This document shows, piece by piece, positions 8,710-19,300 of a stretch of 64,000 nucleotides of DNA (position 1 is its first letter; each line of letters begins with the position of its first letter). The notes under the pieces are model-generated. The model was not told where the DNA came from. It saw only the letters and a program-made list of their open reading frames with translations, and made no database searches. A program made the translations under genes and the position numbers. Location of the stretch: the IMG/VR virus record IMGVR_UViG_3300025889_017362. One strand, 5' to 3'. The DNA is from an uncultured virus (IMG/VR IMGVR_UViG_3300025889_017362). Taxonomy: Duplodnaviria > Heunggongvirae > Uroviricota > Caudoviricetes.

Positions 8710-9591
8710 ATGTCAGAAGTTAATGTAGATTTGAAGGAAACTGACGATTCTGCAAAAGAAGTTTTGACGCCTGAAGAAATGGCAGGTATAGAACGAGCAC
8801 AAAAGATGGGGAGAACGGCTAACGAAACTTCTCCATTTAGAATACCAACAGAGTTTGTACCACTTCCCTCTTTTGGCTTGGTCTACCCACCCAACTCGCC
8901 ATTACACAATGTAAAAGAGATTGAATTGCGCTACATGACAGCGGCCGATGAAGACATTTTGACTTCAAGGTCGTTGTTGCGTAGTGGTAAGGCAATTGAC
9001 ACTGTTTTACAGAATTGTATCGTAGATAAAAGAATTGATGCCGAACAACTTATTTCTGGTGATAAAAACGCTCTTGTTACATTTCTTAGAGTTAGTGGTT
9101 ATGGGCCAGAGTATAAGGTAGAAATCAACTGTCCATCTTGTGGTGAAGAATCAAAACATGAGTTTGATTTGAGTCAGTTAGAGATGAAGACATTGGAAGT
9201 AGAGCCAGTTGAGCAAGGCGAAAATAGATTTTCTTTCATCTTACCTACAACAGGTGTTGAGATAGAATTTAAGTTTCTAAATAGTGCAGAGGAGAAGGAA
9301 ATCTCCGATGCTCAAGATAAGTTGAAAAGAAGTACTCACTCACCTATTGATAGAAATGTAACCACACGACTAAAGAATACTATTATTTCTGTCGGAGGAA
9401 ATAGTGACCCAACCTTTATCAATCAGTTTGTAGATACACTGAATGTTAGAGATAGTCGTGCTATTAGAAAATACATGGAGGATAACACTCCCGACCTTGA
9501 CATGGAGCAAGATTTTAGCTGTGTACATTGTGGGCACAGAGGGGAGGTAGATATACCGATTACGGTAGGCTTCTTTTGGCCTGACGAATGA
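8710..9591 (+). CDS. Tail assembly chaperone / baseplate hub assembly protein (T4 gp26-like) with two CxxC motifs
   Basis: VPLPSFG, MTAADEDILTS, LRVSGYGPEY, CPSC, CVHC, ends IPITVGFFWP; between tube and tape measure. Confidence 0.85.
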   Translation: MSEVNVDLKETDDSAKEVLTPEEMAGIERAQKMGRTANETSPFRIPTEFVPLPSFGLVYPPNSPLHNVKEIELRYMTAADEDILTSRSLLRSGKAIDTVLQNCIVDKRIDAEQLISGDKNALVTFLRVSGYGPEYKVEINCPSCGEESKHEFDLSQLEMKTLEVEPVEQGENRFSFILPTTGVEIEFKFLNSAEEKEISDAQDKLKRSTHSPIDRNVTTRLKNTIISVGGNSDPTFINQFVDTLNVRDSRAIRKYMEDNTPDLDMEQDFSCVHCGHRGEVDIPITVGFFWPDE

Positions 9592-9775
9592 TAAAGAGGT
9601 ATTCTACAAAGAGCTTTTTGATGTTGTTTATCATGGCAAGGTAACTTTTGCTGATGCTTACAATATGCCAGTAAACCTTCGTGGTTGGTGGGTAAAGAGA
9701 ATAAACTGGACTATTGACCAACAAAATAAGGCTCAAGAAAAAGCAAATAAAAAAGCCTCACAAGGTAAGAAATAA
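9569..9775 (+). CDS. gp51-like C-terminal extension of the chaperone, probably made by +1 frameshift (not in ORF track)
   Basis: +1 frame open from 9569 to TAA 9773-9775: FGLTNDKEVFYKELFDVVYHGKVTFADAYNMPVNLRGWWVKRINWTIDQQNKAQEKANKKASQGKK; no ATG/GTG/TTG start ahead of the conserved part. Confidence 0.75.
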   Translation, partial: ASFGLTNDKEVFYKELFDVVYHGKVTFADAYNMPVNLRGWWVKRINWTIDQQNKAQEKANKKASQGKK

Positions 9776-9780
9776 ATATT

Positions 9781-9820
9781 ATCCCCTTACTAACTTTTTA
9801 TAGTAGGGGGATATTTATTT
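9781..9820 (+). terminator. Terminator-like hairpin overlapping a candidate late promoter (ATATTTAT 9811-9818)
   Basis: 12-bp stem ATCCCCTTACTA / TAGTAGGGGGAT, then ATTTATTT; starts 6 nt after the stop of the +1-frame ORF. Confidence 0.7.
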
Positions 9821-9849
9821 AGTATTGATACAACCACCAGAGAGATAAC

Positions 9850-12800
9850 ATGAATATTGCAAATCAACTAGCAGCTCAACAACAAGAAATAGTTGATGTG
9901 TTAGGAAAAATGGCAACAGGGTTTGATGGCTTGTCATCATCAGTTGAGCAATTAGCTGATAGTATGAATAAGGCCGCTGATGAAACAGAAAAACAATCCG
10001 ACCAAGAAAAGAAACTAGCTGATTATCAGAAAAAACGTGAGCGTTTTCAAAAAAAGTATAATAAAGAGTTAGATAGATTTGCAGGTGTTATTGCTCTAGC
10101 AAGAAAAAGTCAAGATCAACTTAATAAACTAAATCAAAAATACAATGCTGCAATAAAGGCCACTACAAAAATTCTTATTGGCGAAAATACCCTAAGACAA
10201 AAGGCCCTTAAGAACATGACTATGTTTAAGGATGCTGTAGGTATTGCTGCTGCAAAGCTAAAAACTATGCCAGGAGTTGGTGCTATTGGTAGGGGTATGG
10301 GGGCTGCTGGAAGAGCAGCAGGTTCTCTTCTTGGAAAGATGGGTAAGGTATTACCAATGGCTTCTATACTGGCTATACCGGCACTTGTAGTCAGACAACT
10401 TATGAAAGTCGATAGTGCGATGGCCTCCATAGCAAAAAGCACAGGTCTGGCTGGCAAAAACTTACAAATGGTTCAAAAGAGAACTATAGATGCAGCTAGT
10501 TCCCTCTATGCTTTTGGATTAAATCTTGAAGATGCGGCGAAACAAAGTGCCGCTCTTGTCGATGCATTAGGTAATGCCGAATACGTTACTGAGAAATTAA
10601 TAAGAACCACTTCTCTAATTGCAAAAGCAACTGGTATGTCCGCCCAAGAAGCAGCAAATCTATCTGCTACATTGATAAAAGGTTTTGGTAAAACAGATGA
10701 ACAAGTAAAATCATTTGCAAATAACATGATGACTTTTGCTTCTAAATCTGGAGTAAATGCTCGTAAGGTAATGAGAGATATTTCAAATGATAGTAATTTA
10801 ACCGCTATCTATCTTGGTAGAGGAGAAAACTATCTTGCTAATGCTGCTGTATTGGCTGCAAAAATGGGTAAATCACTTTCCGAACAAAACCAAACACTTG
10901 ATGCATTTAAGGATATAGAAAGCTCTATTGAAACAGTAGAAAGAATAAATAAACTCACTGGCTCAAATCTAAACGCTCAAAAAATGCAAATGTTCTATAT
11001 GACTCAAGATATAGAAGGAGCAATGAGAGAGCTACAAAAAGCATTTGCATCACCGAGAGCTCAAGCCGCATTAAAAAGAATGCCAGGAGCATTCAAAGAT
11101 GTCGCATCTTCACTAGGTCTATCTGTAAAAGATTTGATGCAAATGGATAGAGTAATGAAAGATTTTGATAAATCATCAAAGAGTGCTTCCAAAGAACAAT
11201 TGACAATTGAAAAAGCTATTGCTGACTCAACAACAATTATGGATAAACTTAAAAACATATTTTTCCAGTTTGTTTTACCAGCCTTTAATAATTTAGGTGA
11301 TTTTCTTGTAAATAAAATAAAACCCTCTATAGATAGTATAGTTCAATCAGCATCCAATTTTGGTAGAGAATTAAATAGTGCTATGAATCAAGAAGATACA
11401 TTTAGTGGAAAGCTTTCAGTAGCTTTTAGAAAAATAATTGATGCTGCGAAACCCACAATAATGAAATTGTTTGATGACATAATGAATTATATAAGACCCA
11501 CTCTAAACGAACTCGTTGACTATCTTGGTGATGAGCTTGAAATAAGAATAGATAGCGTAACCGGATTGGGGAGGAATAGACAAGAGATAGAGGCGGAAAA
11601 GCTAGATAAACGAGCAAAAGCGGCTGGTGTTCACAGAGGTACGATGATAGATAATCCTAATTATAACCCCGATGCCAGCTGGTTGGATCCACTGGCTAAG
11701 ATGCAACCAAAAAGGATAATGCATTTGAAATCAGATGCTGAGTATCGTGCTGCAATAGAAGAAGCAGAGGCTAACAAATCTGCAACAGGCAATGTATTCT
11801 CTCGTCCAACTATGGCTCTTGTCGGTGAAGAGGGAAGAAGCGAAGTTGTCATACCTACTGAAAGAATAAGAAAAGGACTACCCGTTTCTGGGGCTGTTGC
11901 AAATGAATTATCATCTATTGGTGTGCCTGGATTTTCAATGGGAGCAGTAAGGGTTAGTGGAGAATCCGCCACAACGGCCGCTAACACCTTTCAAATGAAT
12001 CAACAAAGAAGAGCCCTACTATACGCTCAAGGAGATCCAGAAGCGGTTAGAAGGACAGAGAGAGCCATAGAACAACAAGCTGCAGAAATAAGGGCTCAGC
12101 AAAGAAAAATTTTGAATGAAATCGTTAAGATTAATAATGAAGCTGATTTTCAAGGTTATTTCGGTGGTGGGCCTGCCGGAATGCCTACTGGAGGAGGCGG
12201 AGAACGTGATCCTCGTAGAAGACAAAAAAATAGATTTCATGATTATGCAACAACACTAGATAATTTTATGATGTTAACTGGTTATACTTTTGGTGACTTT
12301 TTTGACATGTTGCCAAATGTTATTGAAAAACCAATAGAAACTGCTTTTAATAAGTTGCCCGAATCTATGAGAGATGGTCTAACAACTGGAACACAAGCAG
12401 CTTGGGACGCATACATTGCAACCGGAAGCTTTGAAAAGGCACTTGAAACAGGTGTACAAACAGGGCTTTTAACTTATGGAACCAAAGAAAAAGCTACTTT
12501 GTCGGGACAAATAGGACTCCTTGGTTCCGAATATATGAGAACAGGTAATTTAAGAACTTCTGCTGCGTCAACCCTTCAATCATCAATGTATGATAATTCA
12601 TCATTTTTTGGCAGTTCTTACGGTGGAGCTCAAGGAAGAATAAACAGACAACAACAACTATCTTCAATTAGTGAAGAAGATTTTTATACTTTACTGGCCG
12701 ATGAACAAGAAGAATTTGTCAAGGCAGCACAACCAAGGTTGGATGCAGCTCACCAAGAACTTTTAAACGCTCAGAAAAATACAGCTGAAATCCTTAAGAG

Positions 12801-14028
12801 ACAAGAACAGGAAAACGAAAAATTTGAAGCGGAAAAAGCAGCTGCTGCACGACAATTTGAATTATATAAGAATTCAGAAATATATCAACAAAACGATGCC
12901 TACCAAGCGGCCAGGAAGCGGGATAGAGAAAACGAGCTCTTGGCATTTCAGAAAAGAACAGCCGAGATGGAAAGGAAAAATGCTGAGGCCCAGAAAAAGG
13001 CTCAAGAAAAAGAAGACATCGCCTTAGAAGCACAAACAGAAGCCCAAATGGAATACAATGAAGGAGCAGCTAAACTTAATAAAAAACAAGCAGACGCAAT
13101 TGAAGAGTATGAAGATAATACTAAATTAAGTGGCAAACTATTAAAGGACGCTGCTAAAGACCAAGCAATGATGGGTGGTATGGAAGGTGTGTTAAGAGCG
13201 TTACAAGAAGGTGAGGGAGTACAAGGAGCGATAAAAACAGGTCTATCAAGTGCTGCAGGCGGCGCTGCACAAGGAGCAATCACTGCAGGTCTTACAGCGT
13301 CTGGAGTACCTGCTCCGATTGCTGGTTTGGTTGGTAAGTTTGGTGGACAATTTGTTGGTAAAGGTGTTGGTAAGGCATTAGGTTTCTTAGGTCTTGGTGG
13401 CAAAAACGTAAAACCAAAAAAAGCCGGTATAAAAATTGCAGATATTGTTGTTGATGGTTTAGCTCGTGCATCAGCGCCAGGCAATCAACTATCTGATTTC
13501 TTTTCAACAGGTTCTCGCGCACATAGGGTAATACAAGGAAACATAATGTTGGCGTCACAGAAGCCTGACACCTTTGTTGAGCCTATACGAAGAGCTCTAC
13601 AAAGCAACTCTGGTCGAAGATTCAGCAAAGATGAAACTTTAGGTTTTATCCAACTCCTTTATGGAAAGGGGTTGGAGCCAAAAGAGAGACATGAACAATT
13701 GGATAAGTTTGAAGGAATGTTGGAAGGTAGAGCGCCATCACGAGCAGGAGCATCTGGCGCTATCGTTAGTAGACCAACAGTTGCTCTGATAGGAGAAGCA
13801 GGGCCGGAAGCTCTGATGCCATTAGAAAATGCGCCGGGCGCACGTCCATTGAACGGTGTTGGTGGTGATGGTGGTGAGATGTTACAAGAGATAAAGAGAA
13901 TGAATCAAATGTTGGCCCAAATGGCCAATAGACCAATACAACTTGACGGTCAAAGGGTAAACACAGTATTGAATACAGTAAACTCAGATGACATTAGGGC
14001 CGGCATTTACACTGTCAACTCAAGATAA
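9850..14028 (+). CDS. Tail tape measure protein
   Basis: 1392 aa, Ala/Gln/Lys-rich helical; Gly-rich hydrophobic segments; GxxxxRPTxALxGExG motif twice; C-terminal IQLDGQRV; follows the chaperone. Confidence 0.9.
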   Translation: MNIANQLAAQQQEIVDVLGKMATGFDGLSSSVEQLADSMNKAADETEKQSDQEKKLADYQKKRERFQKKYNKELDRFAGVIALARKSQDQLNKLNQKYNAAIKATTKILIGENTLRQKALKNMTMFKDAVGIAAAKLKTMPGVGAIGRGMGAAGRAAGSLLGKMGKVLPMASILAIPALVVRQLMKVDSAMASIAKSTGLAGKNLQMVQKRTIDAASSLYAFGLNLEDAAKQSAALVDALGNAEYVTEKLIRTTSLIAKATGMSAQEAANLSATLIKGFGKTDEQVKSFANNMMTFASKSGVNARKVMRDISNDSNLTAIYLGRGENYLANAAVLAAKMGKSLSEQNQTLDAFKDIESSIETVERINKLTGSNLNAQKMQMFYMTQDIEGAMRELQKAFASPRAQAALKRMPGAFKDVASSLGLSVKDLMQMDRVMKDFDKSSKSASKEQLTIEKAIADSTTIMDKLKNIFFQFVLPAFNNLGDFLVNKIKPSIDSIVQSASNFGRELNSAMNQEDTFSGKLSVAFRKIIDAAKPTIMKLFDDIMNYIRPTLNELVDYLGDELEIRIDSVTGLGRNRQEIEAEKLDKRAKAAGVHRGTMIDNPNYNPDASWLDPLAKMQPKRIMHLKSDAEYRAAIEEAEANKSATGNVFSRPTMALVGEEGRSEVVIPTERIRKGLPVSGAVANELSSIGVPGFSMGAVRVSGESATTAANTFQMNQQRRALLYAQGDPEAVRRTERAIEQQAAEIRAQQRKILNEIVKINNEADFQGYFGGGPAGMPTGGGGERDPRRRQKNRFHDYATTLDNFMMLTGYTFGDFFDMLPNVIEKPIETAFNKLPESMRDGLTTGTQAAWDAYIATGSFEKALETGVQTGLLTYGTKEKATLSGQIGLLGSEYMRTGNLRTSAASTLQSSMYDNSSFFGSSYGGAQGRINRQQQLSSISEEDFYTLLADEQEEFVKAAQPRLDAAHQELLNAQKNTAEILKRQEQENEKFEAEKAAAARQFELYKNSEIYQQNDAYQAARKRDRENELLAFQKRTAEMERKNAEAQKKAQEKEDIALEAQTEAQMEYNEGAAKLNKKQADAIEEYEDNTKLSGKLLKDAAKDQAMMGGMEGVLRALQEGEGVQGAIKTGLSSAAGGAAQGAITAGLTASGVPAPIAGLVGKFGGQFVGKGVGKALGFLGLGGKNVKPKKAGIKIADIVVDGLARASAPGNQLSDFFSTGSRAHRVIQGNIMLASQKPDTFVEPIRRALQSNSGRRFSKDETLGFIQLLYGKGLEPKERHEQLDKFEGMLEGRAPSRAGASGAIVSRPTVALIGEAGPEALMPLENAPGARPLNGVGGDGGEMLQEIKRMNQMLAQMANRPIQLDGQRVNTVLNTVNSDDIRAGIYTVNSR

Positions 14029-14040
14029 TAGGAAAAAGTA

Positions 14041-15978
14041 ATGGCAAGAGAGAAAAGGACACTATCTACTCTTTTAAGTTTGTTAGACGCTAGAGGTAAA
14101 ACTATCTTGGAGGCCTGGCATACCCAAATAGAAGGGGTTGCTTATGGCCAAACAGAACAAAACCAATCTGGGACCTATAGTTCTGCACAACCTTTTATAA
14201 GATTTGGAAGAAGAGGAGAAACAGAAGATCCAGATAGTGGTACAGTAAGCCCATTAGAAAATTCATGGCCAACTGTAAGTAGTGTTAGATTTGGAGATCC
14301 CTTTACTGATGGAACCAAGCCAAGAAACATAATAGAATTATGGCACAACTCTACTAACACAGTTCTTTCTGGACCCGAATCAAATCGAGTACAAAGAACC
14401 GATATAAAAAATAATCTAAGTAATTTGTTTAGTTCCTCTACACTTGCTACAAGAGATTACTCTCAAAGATTTTATGGTGCTCTCAATGGAACATTTGCTA
14501 ATGTACCAGATACACAAGGTGTGGAAACTCAAGGGGCAGCTGGTTTTAATGTTGGACAAGTGAAACCATTTGATGATAATGGAGATTATGTTTTTGGTGA
14601 CCGTAGAGAGGTTGATTTTGCTGCAAACAATGTAATACAAGGTTTGTTATCTACAGCAGCGGCCTACGAGCAAGAGCTAATGGAAATAAGGCCAGGAGCT
14701 AATAGAATAAGCATACACCTTAACATAAGAACAAACTTAAATAAACTTTTACAACAAAACTTATTGTTACCATCAGACCTTGATGACGGGGGTAATGTTA
14801 ATCTTAATCAAGATTTAGCTACTGCTATTGAAGATGGAAATGTTAGCAACATAAGTAATGATACTTTTGACCAACTTTATCTAAACAATAGATCGTCACT
14901 ACACTCTTCAAATAGTGGTAGGCATTCCAGAAATCCCGCTGGAACAATTGGTGGGCGGCCTGTCTCTGACCTTATTGGCCCACAGTATACTGCAACACAA
15001 GGAGGCCCTCAACCCCAAGACGGTACGGAGGTATTTACTTTTGAGGAAGATAAACAAAGAGCAAATACTTTTACAAAAGAAAGAGGTTTTATAGATAATA
15101 CGCCAGGCAATGTTATGTTAGCGCCAGGTGGTGTAGGTGGATTATTACCGTCTGTTGATAATGATGATGACACTAGTGGTACAAGAGATAGAACAACTTA
15201 TTTAAAGAGTTTGGCTAGACAGGATACTCAACTTTTTCCTTTCATGTTTGAGACAGTTAATAAGGGAGGTTCAGCAAGAAATGGAAATGAATTTAAACAA
15301 TACGCCTACTTTCAAGCAACACTACAAAGCTTAAGTGAGTCTTTTGCTCCTTCGTGGACATCAAAACACTTCTTTGGTAGGACAGAACAAATACACACTT
15401 ACACAATGACCGATAGAACAATAGATTTATCTTTTGTTGTCTTTGCTCACGAAATAAGAAGATTACAAAATCTCTATGAAAGAGTAAGCTGGCTTGCACA
15501 ACAAACTTATGCATCTTATGATAGCTCACAAAGATTAAAAAGCGGGCCACTTATTCGTATGAGTGTTGGAGATATGTTTTCAAACCTAACAGGATTCATT
15601 AGGTCTTTGTCTTTTGATTGGAGTTATTTAGGTCCAGGCGGAAAATGGGAAATAACAAAAGGATTAAGAATACCTATGGCGTGTTCAGTACAAATGAATT
15701 TTACAGTTATTCACGACAATATGCCAGATAGAAATTACAATCTTTATCCGGGCCCTCTTTTGCATCCGAATGGGTTAGTCAGTAACAGAGGAAATGTACA
15801 GGGTCAAGCAGCAGCTCCATTAATACCTACAGCTGATAGACCGTTATCTGACGTATCAGCCGGTGTGGATGATTACACGAATACAAGAAGCGAACAATAC
15901 ATAGACGTTCTAAATAGAAATACATCAATTGGCAATGTGGTTACAAACAACGCCGGTGATCTAGATCTTATTTTTTAG
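14041..15978 (+). CDS. Baseplate / tail-tube initiator protein (gp48/gp54-like C-terminal domain)
   Basis: FQATLQSLSESFAPSW..FFGRTEQIHTY...RTIDLSF, PLIRMSVGD, GFIRSLSF, WEI...PMACSVQMNFTVI; position after tape measure. Confidence 0.7.
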   Translation: MAREKRTLSTLLSLLDARGKTILEAWHTQIEGVAYGQTEQNQSGTYSSAQPFIRFGRRGETEDPDSGTVSPLENSWPTVSSVRFGDPFTDGTKPRNIIELWHNSTNTVLSGPESNRVQRTDIKNNLSNLFSSSTLATRDYSQRFYGALNGTFANVPDTQGVETQGAAGFNVGQVKPFDDNGDYVFGDRREVDFAANNVIQGLLSTAAAYEQELMEIRPGANRISIHLNIRTNLNKLLQQNLLLPSDLDDGGNVNLNQDLATAIEDGNVSNISNDTFDQLYLNNRSSLHSSNSGRHSRNPAGTIGGRPVSDLIGPQYTATQGGPQPQDGTEVFTFEEDKQRANTFTKERGFIDNTPGNVMLAPGGVGGLLPSVDNDDDTSGTRDRTTYLKSLARQDTQLFPFMFETVNKGGSARNGNEFKQYAYFQATLQSLSESFAPSWTSKHFFGRTEQIHTYTMTDRTIDLSFVVFAHEIRRLQNLYERVSWLAQQTYASYDSSQRLKSGPLIRMSVGDMFSNLTGFIRSLSFDWSYLGPGGKWEITKGLRIPMACSVQMNFTVIHDNMPDRNYNLYPGPLLHPNGLVSNRGNVQGQAAAPLIPTADRPLSDVSAGVDDYTNTRSEQYIDVLNRNTSIGNVVTNNAGDLDLIF

Positions 15979-15990
15979 GAGTTATTTTTA

Positions 15991-16305
15991 ATGCCTTATT
16001 CAAGATATTCTAATTTTAAAACAATTTTAGATAGAAAAACAAACAAAAGAAGGCTTGAGACTTTTCCACCCATTGCTGGAGAATCACTCAGAGATCCTTC
16101 TGACATAATAATAGAGATTGACCAAGCGCAGAGAATAGATGCTATAGCTGCTAGTTATTTAGGTGATGGTAGATATTGGTGGGTTATTTGTCTACTAAAT
16201 GATTTAGTTTTTCCCTTTGGTAAGAATTTAAAAGCAGGCACAAGATTAAGAATACCATCTAATATAGATAAATTTGTTGACTCTATTCAGAGAGGTATAG
16301 TTTAA
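15991..16305 (+). CDS. LysM-like baseplate wedge protein (gp53/gpX-like)
   Basis: RIDAIAASYLGDGRYWWVICLLN...GTRLRIP. Confidence 0.85.
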   Translation: MPYSRYSNFKTILDRKTNKRRLETFPPIAGESLRDPSDIIIEIDQAQRIDAIAASYLGDGRYWWVICLLNDLVFPFGKNLKAGTRLRIPSNIDKFVDSIQRGIV

Positions 16306-19300
16306 ATGCCAAGTACTTACAGAGCTGACTTTGGCGGAAACACAGGTCGCAAACTTAACGGTCTACCAATAGATTTGATGAGAACTAGTCGTCAAGGTGT
16401 AAAATTGTTAAATAGTTTTTTTGATGGTTATGAAAGTGCTAATTCATTATGGGTAGAATCCGCTAGTGATAATGCTAAGGTAGCTTTTGAGCAATCACTA
16501 CAAAGTAGCAACTTTATTGCTCCTCCATTTTTTAGCGATGCTGATGTCGATGAATCTGGAAATAACCCTATTCAAGGACAAGTATTTCAAGATCCAAATA
16601 CAGATGACGGTGGTGCAGATACTGTATCTATAAGTAATCCTTATTCTTCTATTGTGCAAGGATGGAATCAAAAGTTAGTAGCTGGAAATGTGGACTTATC
16701 TTCTTTAGTGCCATTTGTTGAACTTTATGCTGTATTTGCCAGTGACGATCTGGTTTACAGCGAATCCACAAATAGATTTACAGGAATCAAAAACAGATTA
16801 ATCCCTGTTAGATTTACAAGGCCACCTAACTCTTTAGGAGAGGGTGCACCCAGCTTGCCACCAAATGTTACTCAAGAAAGTAAACTGGCAAGGATAGGCT
16901 CATACGAGGGACAATTAAATAAAGACTACACAACATACAGAAATGAACCAGTTTCTGGTGGAGACTATCCAGTAGATGATAACATAAGGTCTTTTAGAGG
17001 TCAACCCGGCATTAATGATTTGGCAATATCAAGGGGGTCAAGAGGAGCGTTTAACATAAAATATGATTTAGGTATAACTCTTCCAAATCCAGAAATAATA
17101 AATGACCAATATGAGTATAGTAAATTGCTTTTACCTAATTCAATTTTCTTAATTGTGCATGGATGGAAGGTAAGTGGCACTTCTTTCTTTGCTGAATCAT
17201 ACCCACCACTTTTAAAGGCTGGTAATGAAGATTTTACAAATGTTATTATTGGTGGAACAAATAATGGTTTTTGGGGAGCTAATTTAACTACTCTTTATAA
17301 TTTTAATTTTGAGTTTGATAATGTGGGCCACTTAATTGGTAAGTTAAGTTTTATTAGTGCGCAGAGCGCTTTGTTAGCTTCTTTAGAAACAAGTATGGTC
17401 GGTGGCACAATGATAAAAAACTTAAAGGATACGGACCCAAACATTCTTGCAAGAGCTGTCGGGAAGAATGATGAGGAGAAACAAAATGTTATTTTTAGTA
17501 GTGGTGTGCCATGGACTTCAGAAGACAGGTCTGGAACAGCGATTGATGAACAACAAAGAAGTACAGCCGCAATTGAAGAGAGTGTTGTAAATGTTTTTAG
17601 ACAAATATCTAACATACAAGGTAATGCTAATATTGCATCCGAAGTTTTCAGTCTACAACAACTATTAAGCACTTTAGGTGGCGATTTTGAAGAAGGTAGA
17701 ATTGAACTGATAGCTAACACTATAAGAGGGATTGTTGATGATTTTAACAATGAATTTTTCGGTATAGTGAATCACATCTATGCTGACGAGGTGGGAGTTT
17801 CTACCGAAGACGTTATTAATGCTCTAGGGTTAGAGGGATATCAAAGTTTTTTTGACCCAGATGCTGTGCCCAATGAAAACCTTCTTTATAACTATTACCT
17901 ATTAAGTAAAGCTATTGACAACAGAGATTTGATTGCCTACATACCACCTACAGGCTTTATAGTTGATGGTATTCAGATAAAAACCAGAGATAGAAATTTA
18001 ACAGCATCTCAACAACAAGAAAATTTAAGAACAATAGGTAGAGGTTATCTTACCGATTCTAATTTTACAACCGTGGCCCCTCCATTAACTGGTACACAAC
18101 CCACAACATCACCTGTGGCTATGCCTTCTTTTGGCTCTAACTTACAAAGAATAATCTTTGATAGTTTTGATGAAGATAGTAACTTAAACCATACTAATTA
18201 TAGTAGATCGGCCTTAGCCAGCGGTGTTATAGGTGTAAATAACGAATTGAGAAACATAATAACAAACACATCTATTTTATCTTTACCTGTTGTGAGATCT
18301 CAAACAAAAACCCAACTTTTGCCAGATTTGAGTGAAGATTTTGAAGAAAACTTCCAAAATTCTATTTTTATGATTGAATATACAGCAGTTGGCGGCTCTA
18401 GCAGCTTTGATAAACCTAGTGATGTAAAACCTTGGAGAATAACTTTTCCAAGAAATGATGTCGATGGCGCTGGTAGTGTTTTTATTGTTGGTAATAATGA
18501 ATATGCTTTTGCAAACGATGGGAATGCTCCCGAAGAATCTACAGCTGCACTGCCTATTGTTATAGATGCAGGCGCAGGTGAAAATAGAAATGCAAATGGT
18601 TTTGCGGCCGATGATGCTAGATATGTTCAATCACAAGTCTTAATTTTAGATTCTGGCTATTCTATTTCAAGAATTAAAAACTTGAAAAATCAACCATATG
18701 AGAAACCCTCACCCCCAAGATCTTTGCTTACTGAAAACAATGAGTTTTTTGTGCCAGGCTTTGAAAGCATTTCCATGTTAGATGGTCTTGACGCTGATAC
18801 AAAAAAGAAGTTAAATACCTTAAAACAAGACTCATATGCTTATGTACAAACTCAAGATGCCTTTAGGAAAACACAAATAGGTTTTTCCGGCAATAATGAA
18901 TTTGATTTAGATGGTGTTATTTATTCTACCTACATGCGGCCTGCATACTTTTTCTTGGGTTCTGTATTAGAATCATTGAGAATAGCCACTAATAGTGTAG
19001 TTAAGTTTTATTACAAACCATTTAGGAGCAGAGTAGATACCAAACCTTTTAGAATACAAATTCCAGACCAATCTGGTGGAGATTCGACAGCGGTTGCTAT
19101 TATTGATAATCAAATAAGGGCAGTTGAGCAAAACATGGTCAATAATGGTTTTCCAGAAGGAATCCGTGAATTTCCCCTGTCTGAATACGGATACGAAGAG
19201 CCAACAGAAGCGAATCTGAATGAGGTTAGAGAGAGGTATAAACAATTCTGGAGAGATTGGAATGAAGGACTATCTGATTTTATTGTTAATGCATTGCGTG

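Noticed and set aside
9570..9584. Canonical -1 frameshift in the tail chaperone
   Set aside because: The -1 frame reaches TGA at 9582-9584 and there is no good X XXY YYZ heptamer there
9588..9644. ATG overlapping the chaperone stop as the start of the downstream ORF
   Set aside because: ATG 9588 is in a different frame and closes after 18 codons; the gp51-like sequence is in the +1 frame
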